Shown piece after piece: positions 1 through 10,712 of a DNA stretch of 64,000 bases (its first letter is position 1; the number at the start of each line of letters is the position of its first letter). Source of the stretch: an uncultured Patescibacteria group bacterium. Lineage in GTDB: Bacteria; Patescibacteriota; Microgenomatia; UBA1400; PJMF01. The translations under genes and the position numbers were made by a program. The notes beneath the pieces are model-generated. The model did not search any database. It was not told the DNA's origin and saw only the letters and a program-made list of their open reading frames with translations. The stretch spans positions 1,598 through 65,597 of the forward strand of contig CAJQIG010000005.1 of NCBI GenBank assembly GCA_905478415.1. Direction: 5' to 3'.

Positions 1-496
1 GCACTTCAGTGACTTTATAGGCACTTTGGAATGGACCGAGTACAGTTCCTGTAATTTTTTTTGTAAGAATCTCTTTTTTTCTCACCTTTTTTACCCGAGG
101 AAAAAGCTCATCTGTGATCTGAATATAGAGCGGGCTTTTATCGTCTTTGAGTAAGACGTTAAAGTGTGGCTGATAGGTTCGAATCAGCTCAGCTTCTACT
201 AGAAGAGCCTCGAGTTCACTTTCGAGCGTTTCGAATTTTAGTTGTTCAGCAGTAACGACTAATTGTTTGATCCGATGACTGAGTTGTTTAATTTGGGTGT
301 ATGATCGGACTCTATTCTTGAGGTTTTTTGCCTTGCCAACATAGAGGACGTTATCTTCGCTGTCTAAGAACCAGTACACTCCCGGCGATGAGGGTAAGGA
401 CGACAGCACTTCCTGCCATCGCAATAATGATGGTTTGGTCGGTGACGTAGCTGATGAAGGCTGGTCCTGAAGTGGCTTCGAGTGTTTTGTGTTCAT
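1..496 (-). CDS. uvrC: Excinuclease ABC subunit C (UvrC), N-terminal GIY-YIG part. The gene continues beyond the window start (3' partial here). The start is uncertain: ATG at 496..494 or GTG at 409..407.
   Basis: The minus-strand translation of 1..409 reads ...SLPSSPGVYWFLDSEDNVLYVGKAKNLKNRVRSYTQIKQLSHRIKQLVVTAEQLKFETLESELEALLVEAELIRTYQPHFNVLLKDDKSPLYIQ... This matches the UvrC GIY-YIG N-terminus (E. coli PGVYRMYD...VIYVGKAKDLKKR). It is not in the ORF track because its stop lies outside the window. Confidence 0.7.
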   Translation of the reverse strand, partial: MNTKHSKPLQDQPSSATSPTKPSLLRWQEVLSSLPSSPGVYWFLDSEDNVLYVGKAKNLKNRVRSYTQIKQLSHRIKQLVVTAEQLKFETLESELEALLVEAELIRTYQPHFNVLLKDDKSPLYIQITDELFPRVKKVRKKEILTKKITGTVLGPFQSAYKVTEV

Positions 497-2300
497 ATAC
501 TTCATTTGTTTCGGTGCTAATGCGTGGTTGTATTGTAACCTGCTTTGGCAACTGGAGACCATCTTGATATACCGTCAGCGTATATTTACGTTGTTCGTAC
601 GGCAGAATGCTCGGTATCTTGATGGTTTTATTTTTTTGTAGAGTTACAGAAGGATCTCTTGATTCAAACTCTAAAGATATATTGTACCAGGCCTGCTCTG
701 TCTGGTTAGTAATGATGGCTGTTACGAGTCCTGGCAGTGGTATTCCAAAGACACGCTTCGGAATGAGTGCTACCGAGAGGTTAGGTGTCGCTGCTGGGAA
801 TGTTTCTGCAAACGAGATGGTAACGTCTTTTGCCGCTTCATTTCCTGTTGATTTATAGCTGCCTGCAGGATATGGAGTAGTGCTCGAGTTACCATTAATA
901 GCAAACACAATGTGGTTGAGGTCGAAGTTTGAAAAATAGTCTATACCGCCAGTAGTGTCTCCCCAAGTTGGGTCTATCGGAATCCAGAGTTCTTTTTCTT
1001 CGTTCCAGTATTCTGGCCAAGCATGCAGGATATCCCCCTCAAAACTAGAAGGTCTGAGATCATCATTTTCGGCATAGCCATAGCCAGTATTTCTTCGGGC
1101 TGGGATAGCTGCTGCTCTGGCAAGGGTAATAAAGGTATCACTAAATTCTTGACAGACTGCTTGTTCTGGATTTTCAAAGGCTTCGACTGCTCCTTGTCGT
1201 GAACTACCCTCGCTTAAATCACCAGTGCTGTAGGTGAGTGTCTTGACGACGTAATCATACATTTCTTTAGGGGTGCGATATTTTCTTACTAGATCTTGGA
1301 TAAGTGGATCTTGTACTTCCCAATAGGTATCTGCTTGCAAACTTTGTGCAGAGGGACGTAGTACAGGGACAGAAAGATTGGGTGTCAGTGTGACTAAAAT
1401 AGTAGCATTGACATAGACGTTAGTGGCCGAAGCAGGACCCAGCTTGTAGGTAGCAATCCAGTTGCCATCAGCATCAGTTTTGATATCTTCTGGAGCTGGA
1501 TCAATATCTTGGATTGAGATTTTTTGAAATGAAGTATCGGGTGGAAGAGCAATTTGAGCTAGGGTAGTTCCACTGGTCGAGTTTTCAAGCTGGTATCTTA
1601 AAGTGGCTGCATAGATTTGTTTATCTCCAAAAATTGCGGTAATGGGTTTCCCTTTCAGGTCATCGTAGCCAAGCACAAAGTAGTTATCTTTCGTATTTGT
1701 TTTGTCTGGATCGGGATCAATTCTTGGAGGATAGCCATACTGCTCTGGAACATACAGCTCAGTAGTATGTTGCGTATAGTTTGAAGCTTCGGGAAGTTCG
1801 GGAATATGAAGTTCGAGGACCTTCCCTCCAATAGTGGCCAAGTTTGTGTTCGAGTACTCAATGATGAATTTTCTAGCTTTACCTTGACCAACAACTTCAT
1901 CTGGAAAATCAATGGCGATACTAGTGCCGGAGTTATCTTTAACGATGTTAGGAATCAATACCTGGTCATCGTATCTGACGATAACATTTTGTAGATCGGG
2001 GTAGCTGGTTTTGAGTGCATATTGGGTAAGAAAAATAGTTGGTTGTTTGTTTGTGACGATAAAGTTATGAGCAACTTTAGTGACGCCAACAGCATCAACT
2101 GTGTAGGTTGATTTGAGGGTAATGTCGAAATTTTCATTTGCTTGTATTTTTGGCGGTAGTGTTACAGCTAAGCTTACAATCCAGCAGAAAAAAATGGCTC
2201 TAAGGATAGCCTTTTTGAAAGTGCTCATAGGAGTATTGTAACGCATTTGAGGTGTCTGAGTATGAAGAATTAGATACTGCCTTGAATTTTTGCAAAGCAA
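351..2300 (-). CDS. Secreted/membrane-anchored transglutaminase-like (Cys-protease-fold) domain protein. It has an N-terminal signal/TM and a C-terminal TM anchor. The true start is probably internal (Met at 2246 or 2228).
   Basis: The motif ...GAVEAFENPEQAVCQEFSDTFITLARAAAIPARRNTGYGY... resembles the transglutaminase-like core (Cys in a G..C..F motif, followed by GIPAR). The C-terminus is hydrophobic (AMAGSAVVLTLIAGSVLVL RQRR). A hydrophobic N-terminal segment follows internal Met residues. Confidence 0.55.
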   Translation of the reverse strand: MLCKNSRQYLILHTQTPQMRYNTPMSTFKKAILRAIFFCWIVSLAVTLPPKIQANENFDITLKSTYTVDAVGVTKVAHNFIVTNKQPTIFLTQYALKTSYPDLQNVIVRYDDQVLIPNIVKDNSGTSIAIDFPDEVVGQGKARKFIIEYSNTNLATIGGKVLELHIPELPEASNYTQHTTELYVPEQYGYPPRIDPDPDKTNTKDNYFVLGYDDLKGKPITAIFGDKQIYAATLRYQLENSTSGTTLAQIALPPDTSFQKISIQDIDPAPEDIKTDADGNWIATYKLGPASATNVYVNATILVTLTPNLSVPVLRPSAQSLQADTYWEVQDPLIQDLVRKYRTPKEMYDYVVKTLTYSTGDLSEGSSRQGAVEAFENPEQAVCQEFSDTFITLARAAAIPARRNTGYGYAENDDLRPSSFEGDILHAWPEYWNEEKELWIPIDPTWGDTTGGIDYFSNFDLNHIVFAINGNSSTTPYPAGSYKSTGNEAAKDVTISFAETFPAATPNLSVALIPKRVFGIPLPGLVTAIITNQTEQAWYNISLEFESRDPSVTLQKNKTIKIPSILPYEQRKYTLTVYQDGLQLPKQVTIQPRISTETNEVYEHKTLEATSGPAFISYVTDQTIIIAMAGSAVVLTLIAGSVLVLRQRR

Positions 2301-3097
2301 AAAGTCCCACTATATGAGGTGAACGTGAATGCTGTTTCGTTAATCTCAAGAATAGAGTAGATTCCAGGATTATTTTCTGAAAAATTTTCAGCTGCGATGT
2401 TTTCTGAGAATGCTGGGTTTGAAATGTAGTGTGTACCAGTTATTTCTTGGTGGGTAAGTAAATGCACATGCGCATTGAGAAATAAGTTTGCAGATGAATT
2501 TGCAAAAAGTTCTCTTATTATATGTGCATTTTTGTAGTACATGCCTTCTGGTTCATTCTCAAAATAGAAGCTGCCCTTTGAGTCAATAGGAATCAAAGAA
2601 TAGTGGGAGAGGATAATAGTTGGCTTTTCTCTTTGGAGCGCTTCCTTTAACCACTGAATTTTTTCTGTCGAAAGAAAAGCCCCATCGTTTTCATCTAGCT
2701 CGAGATCAAGCCAGAGAATGGTATGTGGTCCCAAAGTTGTTGTTCCGAAAAAAGTTGGTTCTTCTTTCAGTGTGTTTGCATAGATAGAATCAATTTCTTT
2801 CGGGGAAAATGCTTTGAGCTCATGGTTGCCTAAGAGATGAAGCGTTGGTGTAGGAATTTTCTGAAGAAGCGAGAGTGTTTTTATAAGATTTTTTGTATCA
2901 ATAGTTTTGTCATAGGTATCTCTGAGTGCGTCACCCATGTGGACAACTAGGTCGGGAGCTAGCTCTGTAAACTTTGGAATAAGCGCTGTCAGTGTAGCTT
3001 CTGCTTGGGTGTTTGCTTGGCGTACAACTTCGGCATGAGTAGTTGAATTTCTAGATGTTCCAAGGTGGATATCACTGATGATGAGAATCTTTTGCAT
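2270..3097 (-). CDS. Calcineurin-like metallophosphoesterase
   Basis: The N-terminus MQKILIISDIHLG and the motifs ...GDALRD... and GNHE are metallophosphoesterase signature motifs I-III. The gene lies between uvrA and the transglutaminase-like gene. Confidence 0.7.
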   Translation of the reverse strand: MQKILIISDIHLGTSRNSTTHAEVVRQANTQAEATLTALIPKFTELAPDLVVHMGDALRDTYDKTIDTKNLIKTLSLLQKIPTPTLHLLGNHELKAFSPKEIDSIYANTLKEEPTFFGTTTLGPHTILWLDLELDENDGAFLSTEKIQWLKEALQREKPTIILSHYSLIPIDSKGSFYFENEPEGMYYKNAHIIRELFANSSANLFLNAHVHLLTHQEITGTHYISNPAFSENIAAENFSENNPGIYSILEINETAFTFTSYSGTFCFAKIQGSI

Positions 3098-3121
3098 ATA
3101 CAGAAAGTATACCAGATCAAA

Positions 3122-6091
3122 TTACTTCATGGCCTCAAACTCGGTTTTGAGGTATTCTCCAGTTGCAGAGTTGGGATTATCAGCAATATTTCGTGGAGTG
3201 CCGGTAGCCACAATTTCTCCACCGTAAATGCCCCCTTCTGGACCTAAATCAATAACCCAATCCGCATTTTTAATGACATCTAAATTATGTTCGATAGTAA
3301 TGACCGTATTGTTTTGTTCGACCAGTTGATCAAGCACCTCGAGCAGTTTTTGAACATCTTCAAAGTGGAGTCCCGTGGTCGGTTCATCGAGTAAGTAGAC
3401 GACATGCTCATGTGTTTTTGTAGAAAGTTCTTTGGCAAGTTTGACTCTTTGCGCTTCTCCTCCACTTAGGGTTGGAGCTGGTTGTCCAAGCTCAATATAT
3501 CCCAGACCGACAGCCTGTAGGGTTTTGACTTTTTTCCGGATGGTTCCATGGTTGATAAAGAAGTCGACAGCCTCGTCAACGCTCATGTGGAGGACATCAC
3601 TTATTGATTTATCTTTGTATTTTATTTCGAGTGTATCTTCGTTATAGCGAGCACCATGACAGACATCACAGGTGACATAGACATCAGGTAAAAATTGCAT
3701 TTCAATTTTAAGTTGTCCATCTCCTTGGCAGGCTTCGCAACGACCACCTTTCACATTGAAACTAAAGCGACCTGGTCCAAAGCCACGCATTTGGGCGTCT
3801 TTGGTGTTGGCAAAAACTTTTCGAACATAGTCAAAGATCTTAGTGTAAGTAGCTGGATTTGATCGTGGAGTTTTGCCAATTGGACTCTGATCAATCATGG
3901 TGACACGTTTGACGATGTCGGGTACAGTAATTGAGGTAATTGGTCCTGGAGCGCCATCAGTCATTTTACCGAGGTGCTTACGGAGGTGTTGATAGAGAGT
4001 GTCGTGCAGCAACGTTGATTTACCAGACCCAGAAATTCCTGAAATACAGACAAATTTGCCCAAGGGGAATTCGGCATCAACATTTCTCAGATTGTGTTGG
4101 TTAGCACCGGTAATTCTAATAGATCTGCCTTGGGAACCTGGAATGGCATCGTCAGAAACAATTTTTCGTTCAGATTTCTTTCCGTAGAGACTCTTTCGCA
4201 GGACATCTTTTTTACGAGAAAGATATTTAGCTGTTAGAGACTTTTTATTTTTGAGAAGTTCTTCTGGAGTGCCTTCAGCTACAATTTCACCACCGAGTTT
4301 GCCCGCCAGTGGTCCAAAGTCGAAGACATAATCTGCGGCTAGCATGATATCGCGATCATGTTCGACCACAATAACGGTATTTCCCTTTTTCTGTAAGTTC
4401 TGAAGTGTTTTGATGAGGCGATGGTTGTCTCGTTGGTGGAGGCCAATTGTCGGTTCGTCGAGAATGTATAAGACTCCAGTCAAGCCAGTGCCAATTTGTG
4501 ACGCTAAGCGGATCCGTTGGGCTTCACCACCAGCGAGCGTTGCAGCTTCGCGGTTCAGACTTAAGTAGTTCAGGCCGACTGATTTTAAGAAGTGTAATCG
4601 GGCGCTGATTTCTTTAATAATTGACTCACCGATAAAGCGTTCTTTTTCGTTGAGAATTTCCTTTTCTCTGAGAGTATTGACCCAAGCTAGACACTCATCG
4701 ATAGGTAAGGTAGTGATTTCGGCGATAGTTTTACCATCAATATGGACACTCAGAGCTTCTTCTTTCAGTCGAGTTCCTTTACAAGTTGCACAGGTTTGTT
4801 TGAGCATGTAGGCCTGAATTTCTTTTCGAATGTAGTCACTGTCTGTTTCGTGATATCGGCGCTCTAGATTAGTGATGAAGCCTTCAAATTGTTCGTGAAT
4901 GACTGTTTGTCGGCCAAAGCGGTTTTCTCCTTCGACTTTATAAACCTTGTCACTGCCGTGTAGGAGCGTTTTTTGAAATTTTGGTGAAAATTCTTCCCAG
5001 GGGGTTTTTCTAAAATCAAACCCAGCTTCTTCGACTACCGTGGTAACTAGTCGTGCCCACCAAGTATCATTACTGAGCATTCGAGCAAACGGAATGATGG
5101 CTCCTTCACTCAGTGTCAGACTTTGAGCAACAATGGTTGATTCGTCAATTTTAAGGAGTGTTCCCAAACCGTTACAATCTGGACAAGCACCATGAGGTGA
5201 GTTAAATGAAAAAAGCCGAGGTTCAAGTTCTGGAATCGAAATACCACAGTCACTACACGCTCGTTTTTCGCTAAAGAGTCGATCTCTGAATTCAGTGGGT
5301 TTATCTGGAAACGAAAGAGATGCATCATCAACCAGTGAGAACATAACTAAACCATCAGCAAGTTGGAGTGATTCTTCTACTGCAACTGCAATTCGATGTC
5401 GAAGTTTTTTCCGTTCTGCGTCATCTTTCAGTTGTTTAGAGCTAATGACTCCCCGTTCGATGACAACTTCGATAGAGTGTTTATTATTCTTAAGGAGATT
5501 TAATTCTTCTTCAAGATCATACATGCGTCCATCAATTCGAACTCGGCGATATCCTTTTTGCTGTAAGGTGTCAAACAGCCCAGAAAACTCACCTTTTTTA
5601 TCTCGAACTACAGGTGAAAAGACCATAAATCGAGTTGGTTGACCATTTTTTTCGAAATCAAAGATATCCATGATGTGAGACACAATTTGGTCTGTACTTT
5701 GAGTGGCAACCTCGAGTCCACAGTTTGGACAGTGTGGGTGCCCTACTCTGGCGTAAAGGAGACGTAAATAATCATATATTTCTGTGATGGTTCCTACGGT
5801 CGAACGAGGGTTATGTGAAGTAGTCTTTTGGTCAATAGAAATCGCAGGAGAAAGTCCATCAATTTGATCAACTTCTGGTTTTTGCATGACTCCTAGAAAT
5901 TGACGAGCATAGGAGCTCAGACTTTCAACGTACCGGCGTTGCCCTTCTGCATACAGTGTGTCAAAGGCAAGTGAACTCTTACCACTGCCAGAAAGCCCTG
6001 TAAAGACAACCAACTTATTTTTTGGAATAGTCAGGGATATGTTTTTGAGGTTATGCTCTTTGGCACCAGTAACGGTAATGTTTTGTTCCAT
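3122..6091 (-). CDS. uvrA: Excinuclease ABC subunit A (UvrA). The ORF-track start at 6205 is probably too far upstream. The Met at 6091 aligns with canonical UvrA N-termini.
   Basis: [67 protein letters not shown] is near-identical in pattern to the E. coli UvrA N-terminus. There are two ABC ATPase modules and zinc-finger Cys clusters (CPNCG, CSDCG, CEAC..C). Length is ~990 aa. Confidence 0.93.
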   Translation of the reverse strand: MEQNITVTGAKEHNLKNISLTIPKNKLVVFTGLSGSGKSSLAFDTLYAEGQRRYVESLSSYARQFLGVMQKPEVDQIDGLSPAISIDQKTTSHNPRSTVGTITEIYDYLRLLYARVGHPHCPNCGLEVATQSTDQIVSHIMDIFDFEKNGQPTRFMVFSPVVRDKKGEFSGLFDTLQQKGYRRVRIDGRMYDLEEELNLLKNNKHSIEVVIERGVISSKQLKDDAERKKLRHRIAVAVEESLQLADGLVMFSLVDDASLSFPDKPTEFRDRLFSEKRACSDCGISIPELEPRLFSFNSPHGACPDCNGLGTLLKIDESTIVAQSLTLSEGAIIPFARMLSNDTWWARLVTTVVEEAGFDFRKTPWEEFSPKFQKTLLHGSDKVYKVEGENRFGRQTVIHEQFEGFITNLERRYHETDSDYIRKEIQAYMLKQTCATCKGTRLKEEALSVHIDGKTIAEITTLPIDECLAWVNTLREKEILNEKERFIGESIIKEISARLHFLKSVGLNYLSLNREAATLAGGEAQRIRLASQIGTGLTGVLYILDEPTIGLHQRDNHRLIKTLQNLQKKGNTVIVVEHDRDIMLAADYVFDFGPLAGKLGGEIVAEGTPEELLKNKKSLTAKYLSRKKDVLRKSLYGKKSERKIVSDDAIPGSQGRSIRITGANQHNLRNVDAEFPLGKFVCISGISGSGKSTLLHDTLYQHLRKHLGKMTDGAPGPITSITVPDIVKRVTMIDQSPIGKTPRSNPATYTKIFDYVRKVFANTKDAQMRGFGPGRFSFNVKGGRCEACQGDGQLKIEMQFLPDVYVTCDVCHGARYNEDTLEIKYKDKSISDVLHMSVDEAVDFFINHGTIRKKVKTLQAVGLGYIELGQPAPTLSGGEAQRVKLAKELSTKTHEHVVYLLDEPTTGLHFEDVQKLLEVLDQLVEQNNTVITIEHNLDVIKNADWVIDLGPEGGIYGGEIVATGTPRNIADNPNSATGEYLKTEFEAMK

Positions 6092-6216
6092 AGGACTTTT
6101 TTCTTTTTTTATCGAGTCACCATTATACCGAATAAAGTCCGACATTAGGAGGGTCATCTTTTGTAAAATATACTTTTGGGTGGAAAGAACATGAAAGTAT
6201 GGCATACTAGAGGTAT

Positions 6217-6702
6217 ATGGGAGAAACAGAGGGATTATTACGGTTCGTGACCACTGAAGAAGGTAGAGCGGAACTACAAAGAATCAAAAGTGGTACACAA
6301 CAGTTGCCAAATAAAGAGCTTCAGCAAGAAGTTTCGGGTGAAGCTGTAGTATTCCCCACCGCTGGGGAGTATCCTCCAGATGCATCACTAGAATTTTTCT
6401 TTACCAATCCAGACTTGCAAAAATATCGAGATGCAGTCAGCGCTGGAGTCGACAATTTTGCTTCAGAAGCACATAACTATAGAACTGCAAAACTAGCCAA
6501 AGAACATGGTGTCTCAGGCGCTCGTGTACTCCATTTGCTTGACGTCTTAGAAAGAACCAATGGTTTGGATCCATTGAACTTAACGCATGTGTTATTTGGA
6601 TTACATTTTATAAAAGATGTCGTTGATCAAGCTGTATTTCCAAAGTTAGTGGTAAATGCACAAAAGAAACAACAGCTTTTAAAGATGCAGGAAGCTTCTT
6701 AA
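6217..6702 (+). CDS. Hypothetical protein
   Basis: A 161-aa ORF in the uvrA-uvrB intergenic interval. No recognisable motif. Coding status is uncertain. Confidence 0.3.
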   Translation: MGETEGLLRFVTTEEGRAELQRIKSGTQQLPNKELQQEVSGEAVVFPTAGEYPPDASLEFFFTNPDLQKYRDAVSAGVDNFASEAHNYRTAKLAKEHGVSGARVLHLLDVLERTNGLDPLNLTHVLFGLHFIKDVVDQAVFPKLVVNAQKKQQLLKMQEAS

Positions 6703-6713
6703 AAATGTTTGTT

Positions 6714-7028
6714 TTATTTTGGAATCTTTTTAATTCCTTGTAGTCCCCAAATAGTCAGTATTCCAATGATCCCTTTCAGGATATAGAAACCATTTGGATC
6801 CAAGAAATCCTCTGTCATCTTTGTCATCTGCCCAAAGAGCAAATGAATCAGAATACTCAGCGGCAAAGTCAATAGTAACCAATTTTTTTTAGGTACCGAA
6901 ATATGAAACTTTGAGAAGAGTTTGGAAAGCAATGGAGCTAGGAGGGCGACTCCTATAAAAGAAGCTGCAAAATCAAAAATGGCATACCCGGCTATACGAA
7001 ACTGACGAAGGTACTCTACGGTGAACAT
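6714..7028 (-). CDS. Small hypothetical membrane protein
   Basis: A 104-aa ORF with two or three hydrophobic helices. No known motif. Confidence 0.35.
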   Translation of the reverse strand: MFTVEYLRQFRIAGYAIFDFAASFIGVALLAPLLSKLFSKFHISVPKKNWLLLTLPLSILIHLLFGQMTKMTEDFLDPNGFYILKGIIGILTIWGLQGIKKIPK

Positions 7029-7066
7029 ACTAACTTTCTGTTACTCAACACATTGATGAGTACAGG

Positions 7067-7654
7067 CTATTGTACTTCAATTCCATAGCCAACCAGCAGG
7101 GCCAAAACTTCTGGCTGTGAAAAGATGGCTTTTTTTACTTTATTTTGATTGGGATCAATACTATAGTTCTTGGCACCTACAAAAGATGTTTTTTGAAGAT
7201 TTGAGCTTTGAAATATAGTTTTTTCGAGATCAGATCCGGCAAAAGTACTGCCTTCTAGATTTGTGTTTACAAAATCACATTCTTTGATAACGCAGTCAAT
7301 AAAAAAGCTTTTTTTAATGCTTAATTCACTAAAGTTACACAGTTCAATCTTGCACTCTTCGAACTTCCAATTGAGCAGTAAAGTATTGAGGCGTGAAAAG
7401 ATTGTACCTAAAAACTTACAGTTTTTAAAAGTAACTTCTTGAAAGCTGCAGTTGTCAACAATAATGTTTGAAAGATTGCAGTTTTGAAATACACAATCGG
7501 AAAATGTTGTGTTTGAGATAGTACTTCCGGTAAAGTCACAGGCTTTGAACGCACAGTCTGAAAATTCTTTTTGAGTTACATCTGTAGCAAGCTCAGAGAG
7601 CTTTTGAAAGTGTGCATTGGTATAGCTATCTTTTGTAAGTTTTGTAGGAATCAT
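7067..7654 (-). CDS. Pentapeptide-repeat protein (Qnr/MfpA-like right-handed quadrilateral beta-helix). It is translationally coupled to uvrB.
   Basis: The protein is built almost entirely of A(D/N)(L/F)xx pentapeptide units (CDFTGSTISNTTFSDCVFQNCNLSNIIVDNCSFQEVTFKNCKFLGTIF...). Its ATG (7654..7652) directly abuts the uvrB stop TAA (7657..7655), giving TAAATG. Confidence 0.75.
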   Translation of the reverse strand: MIPTKLTKDSYTNAHFQKLSELATDVTQKEFSDCAFKACDFTGSTISNTTFSDCVFQNCNLSNIIVDNCSFQEVTFKNCKFLGTIFSRLNTLLLNWKFEECKIELCNFSELSIKKSFFIDCVIKECDFVNTNLEGSTFAGSDLEKTIFQSSNLQKTSFVGAKNYSIDPNQNKVKKAIFSQPEVLALLVGYGIEVQ

Positions 7655-9913
7655 TTACTCAAGTTCCTTGATAGTATCTCTGAGAATGGCGGCTAGCTCA
7701 AAGTCCATATCTTTAGCCGCTTGGTTCATGCGTCGACGAAGTTTTGTGGCCATAGAGCGTTTATCGTATGGGGTCATGTCTGCAGGTTTTATTTTTGCAA
7801 TATCAACTTGCTCTGTTTTATTAAGTGCAATCAGAAGTTTAGCAGCCTTAGGCTGTTCTTTTCTTTTATCATCTTGTTTCTTTTTGAGCAGTCGTTTTCG
7901 GATGGGTTTGCTGATGGTTTCGGCAGTAATACCGTGTTCTTTGTTGTATGCAACTTGAATAGTTCGGCGACGGAGGGTTTCTTCGATAGCAGCTTTCATT
8001 GAGCGGGTATATTTGTCTGCATAGAGGATGGCGTGGCCCTCAATGTGTCTAGCTGCTCGGCCGATAGTTTGAGTCAGAGCTGTTTGTGACCGTAGGAATC
8101 CCTCTTTATCTGCATCTAAAATAGCTACCAAAGTAACTTCGGGTAAATCAAGGCCTTCTCTCAGGAGATTGATTCCGACCACAACGTCATAGACCCCTCG
8201 GCGTAAATCGTCGAGAATATCAGAGCGCTCTAGTGTTTCAATGTCTGAGTGAAGATAGGCAACTTTTGGGTATTCTAGTGGAGTGGAAATTTCATGAGTT
8301 GTTTGAAGGTGTCGATAGTACTTGTTTTCGATCGGGCCGACTTCCATTTGGGCCACTGGTAGCTCTGGGCTTTCCCAAATAGTTTTTTCAGGCTGGATGT
8401 CATTTTTAGTTTTTATTTTTCTTTCTTGCCAGCTGGCGAACAGCGAATCAATCTTTTGAGTGTCATTGAGATACTCGGTTAATGCTTCAGCCATTTTTTT
8501 GGTGAGAGTCGTTACTAATGTTCTCTGCCCCAATTGTTTGCGAGCAATAATTTCAATGACCAGATCTTCAATTTGATTTTTAATCGGGCGAAGTTCAATA
8601 TTTGGATCAATCAGTCCTGTTGGACGAATAATTTGTTCGATGGCTTTGTTTTCTGAAAAAGAAAGTTCTAAGGGTTGTGGAGTGGCCGATATGTAGCACA
8701 TGGTTTTGGTTCTCTCCATGAATTCATCGAAAGTGAGCGGACGGTTGTCGAGCGCGCTGGGCAGTCGAAACCCATACTCAATCAATGTTTCTTTTCGAGC
8801 ACGGTCTCCATTGTGCATGCCTCGGATTTGAGGGAGTGTCATATGACTTTCGTCAATCATAGTAAGAAAGTCACCATCTCCAAACTCTGTAGCATTATGT
8901 TGGAAATATTCTAGTAGTGTGTAGGGGGCGGAGCCAGGTTTACGACCATCAAAATGGCGTGAGTAGTTTTCAATACCATTTGTAAAACCAAATTCTTCAA
9001 TCATCTCCAAGTCGTAGTTAACTTTTTGTTCGAGGCGATAAGCTTCAATAATTTTTTCTTGGGTCCTGAGCTCATGCAATCGTTTTGCCAAGTCACTGCG
9101 AATTTCTTTGACTCCCTCAACTTGTGAAGTCTTGTTGAGCATATAGTGTTTTGCTGGAAATATAATGAATTCATCTCGGGCTGCGTGACTTTGTCCAGCA
9201 GCTTGATTTGAAGGTACTACTCTTTTACCACTAATGGGATCAATCCAAAAAATTGATTCAATGGTGTTTTCAAAGAAGTCGATTCTTAGTGCTCTATCCT
9301 CGTAGGCAGGCCAGAGTTGCAGACTGTCTCCGCGCAGGCGATAGGTCCCACGCCTAAAATCGGTGGTAGTGCGTTCATACTGTAAGTTGGTGAGTTGTAG
9401 AAACAGTGTTTCGCGAGCGATAATCTCGCCAATGGCGATTCTCAGCATCTGTTTACCATACTCAACTGGGGAACCAAGATTATAGATACATGATACAGAG
9501 GCAATGACAATGGAGTCGGGTCGAGTTAGGAGGTTAGTAGTTGATGCCAGGCGGAGTTTATCAATTTCGTCGTTAATAGTAGCTTCTTTTTCGATGTAGG
9601 TATCAGTGGTGGGCATGTATGTTTCAGGCTGGTAGTAGTCGTAGTACGAAACAAAGTAACTGACGGCATTATTTGGAAAGAAGTCTCGAAACTCTTGATA
9701 TAACTGAGCAGCTAAGGTTTTATTATGAGCGATTACAAGAGTAGGCTTCTGAATTTTTTCGATCACATTAGCCATAGTGAATGTTTTACCTGAGCCGGTT
9801 ACACCCAACAAAGTTTGGTGACGTTTTCCATCCGAGATACCCGCCACAAGGTCTTTAATAGCTTGGGGTTGATCTCCGGTTGGATGAAATGGTGAGTGGA
9901 GCTCGAACTTCAT
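7655..9913 (-). CDS. uvrB: Excinuclease ABC subunit B (UvrB). At 752 aa it is longer than the canonical ~670 aa, with a ~65-aa insertion in the C-terminal helicase domain.
   Basis: The N-terminus MKFELHSPFHPTGDQPQAIKDLVAGISDGKRHQTLLGVTGSGKTFTMANVIEK is classic UvrB. Helicase motifs DESH and YLHSDIETLERSDILDDLRRGVYDVVVGINLLREGLDLPEV are present. The C-terminal UVR domain reads DFELAAILRDTIKEL. The insertion NDTQKIDSLFASWQERKIKTKNDIQPEKTIWESPELPVAQMEVGPIENKYYRHLQTTHEISTPLEYPKVA sits between TEYL and YLHSDI. Confidence 0.93.
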   Translation of the reverse strand: MKFELHSPFHPTGDQPQAIKDLVAGISDGKRHQTLLGVTGSGKTFTMANVIEKIQKPTLVIAHNKTLAAQLYQEFRDFFPNNAVSYFVSYYDYYQPETYMPTTDTYIEKEATINDEIDKLRLASTTNLLTRPDSIVIASVSCIYNLGSPVEYGKQMLRIAIGEIIARETLFLQLTNLQYERTTTDFRRGTYRLRGDSLQLWPAYEDRALRIDFFENTIESIFWIDPISGKRVVPSNQAAGQSHAARDEFIIFPAKHYMLNKTSQVEGVKEIRSDLAKRLHELRTQEKIIEAYRLEQKVNYDLEMIEEFGFTNGIENYSRHFDGRKPGSAPYTLLEYFQHNATEFGDGDFLTMIDESHMTLPQIRGMHNGDRARKETLIEYGFRLPSALDNRPLTFDEFMERTKTMCYISATPQPLELSFSENKAIEQIIRPTGLIDPNIELRPIKNQIEDLVIEIIARKQLGQRTLVTTLTKKMAEALTEYLNDTQKIDSLFASWQERKIKTKNDIQPEKTIWESPELPVAQMEVGPIENKYYRHLQTTHEISTPLEYPKVAYLHSDIETLERSDILDDLRRGVYDVVVGINLLREGLDLPEVTLVAILDADKEGFLRSQTALTQTIGRAARHIEGHAILYADKYTRSMKAAIEETLRRRTIQVAYNKEHGITAETISKPIRKRLLKKKQDDKRKEQPKAAKLLIALNKTEQVDIAKIKPADMTPYDKRSMATKLRRRMNQAAKDMDFELAAILRDTIKELE

Positions 9914-9944
9914 ATCGGGCTATTATAACTTGAAACTGGTATAA

Positions 9945-10709
9945 TTGCGAAAAATGCACGTAACTGCGATTAAAACCCCTCGGCTTTTTGTGAATGACAA
10001 CCTTCTTGGTGTGATTTCGACAACTATTCCCCAATCGGCACTATCCGAACGGAGCGTTTTGGTTGTTACCTCTAAGGTAGTAGCCTTGTGGGAAGGGGCT
10101 GTAGCTGAAATTCCTCGCACAAAGGAAGAAAAACACAAATTAATTCAATCAGAGTCACAACTGTATACCAAACCAACGTCATCAAAATATGATTTGATGT
10201 TAACGGTTCGAGATGATGTTTTGGGAGTGAATGCCGGTATAGATGAATCAAATGTAGCTGAAGGTTTTGTGTTGTTACCAGAAAATTCCTATCAGTCCGC
10301 GGCACATATTTGGCAGTTTTTACGAAAGCAGTATGGACTGCGTGAAGTAGGAGTAATTATTACAGATAGTGTCTCTATGCCACTACGATGGGGCGTAGTT
10401 GGTAGATCCTTAGGTCATTGTGGGTTTAAAGCAATAAAGAGTCGTATTGGCGAAAAAGATCTTTTTGATCGTGAAATTACCATGACTCAAATGGCTGTAT
10501 CACAAGCATTAGCGACAGCTGCAGTGTTCGAAATGGGAGAAGTGGCTGAGTCCACTCCACTCTGTATTCTCACTGAGATCCCACACATAGAGTTTCAGGA
10601 CGCACCACCTTCAAAAGAAGAAATTGATACCTATAAAATAGCTCTTGAAGATGATGTATATGCGCCACTTCTTATGAATGCACGGTGGCAGAAAGGGCAA
10701 AAGGTATAA
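9945..10709 (+). CDS. CofE-like (F420-0:gamma-glutamyl ligase family) protein
   Basis: ...RSVLVVTSKVVALWEGAV... and ...LGVNAGIDESNVAEGFVLLP...VGVIITDSVSMPLRWGVVGRSLGHCGFKAIKSRIGEKDLFDREI... closely parallel Methanocaldococcus CofE (VLVVCSTVISKAEGR; VNAGIDASNVEEGSLLLP; VGVIITDTNGRCFRRGVVGFAIGISGVKAMKDWIGRKDLYGREL). Confidence 0.7.
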   Translation: MRKMHVTAIKTPRLFVNDNLLGVISTTIPQSALSERSVLVVTSKVVALWEGAVAEIPRTKEEKHKLIQSESQLYTKPTSSKYDLMLTVRDDVLGVNAGIDESNVAEGFVLLPENSYQSAAHIWQFLRKQYGLREVGVIITDSVSMPLRWGVVGRSLGHCGFKAIKSRIGEKDLFDREITMTQMAVSQALATAAVFEMGEVAESTPLCILTEIPHIEFQDAPPSKEEIDTYKIALEDDVYAPLLMNARWQKGQKV

Positions 10710-10712
10710 CCA

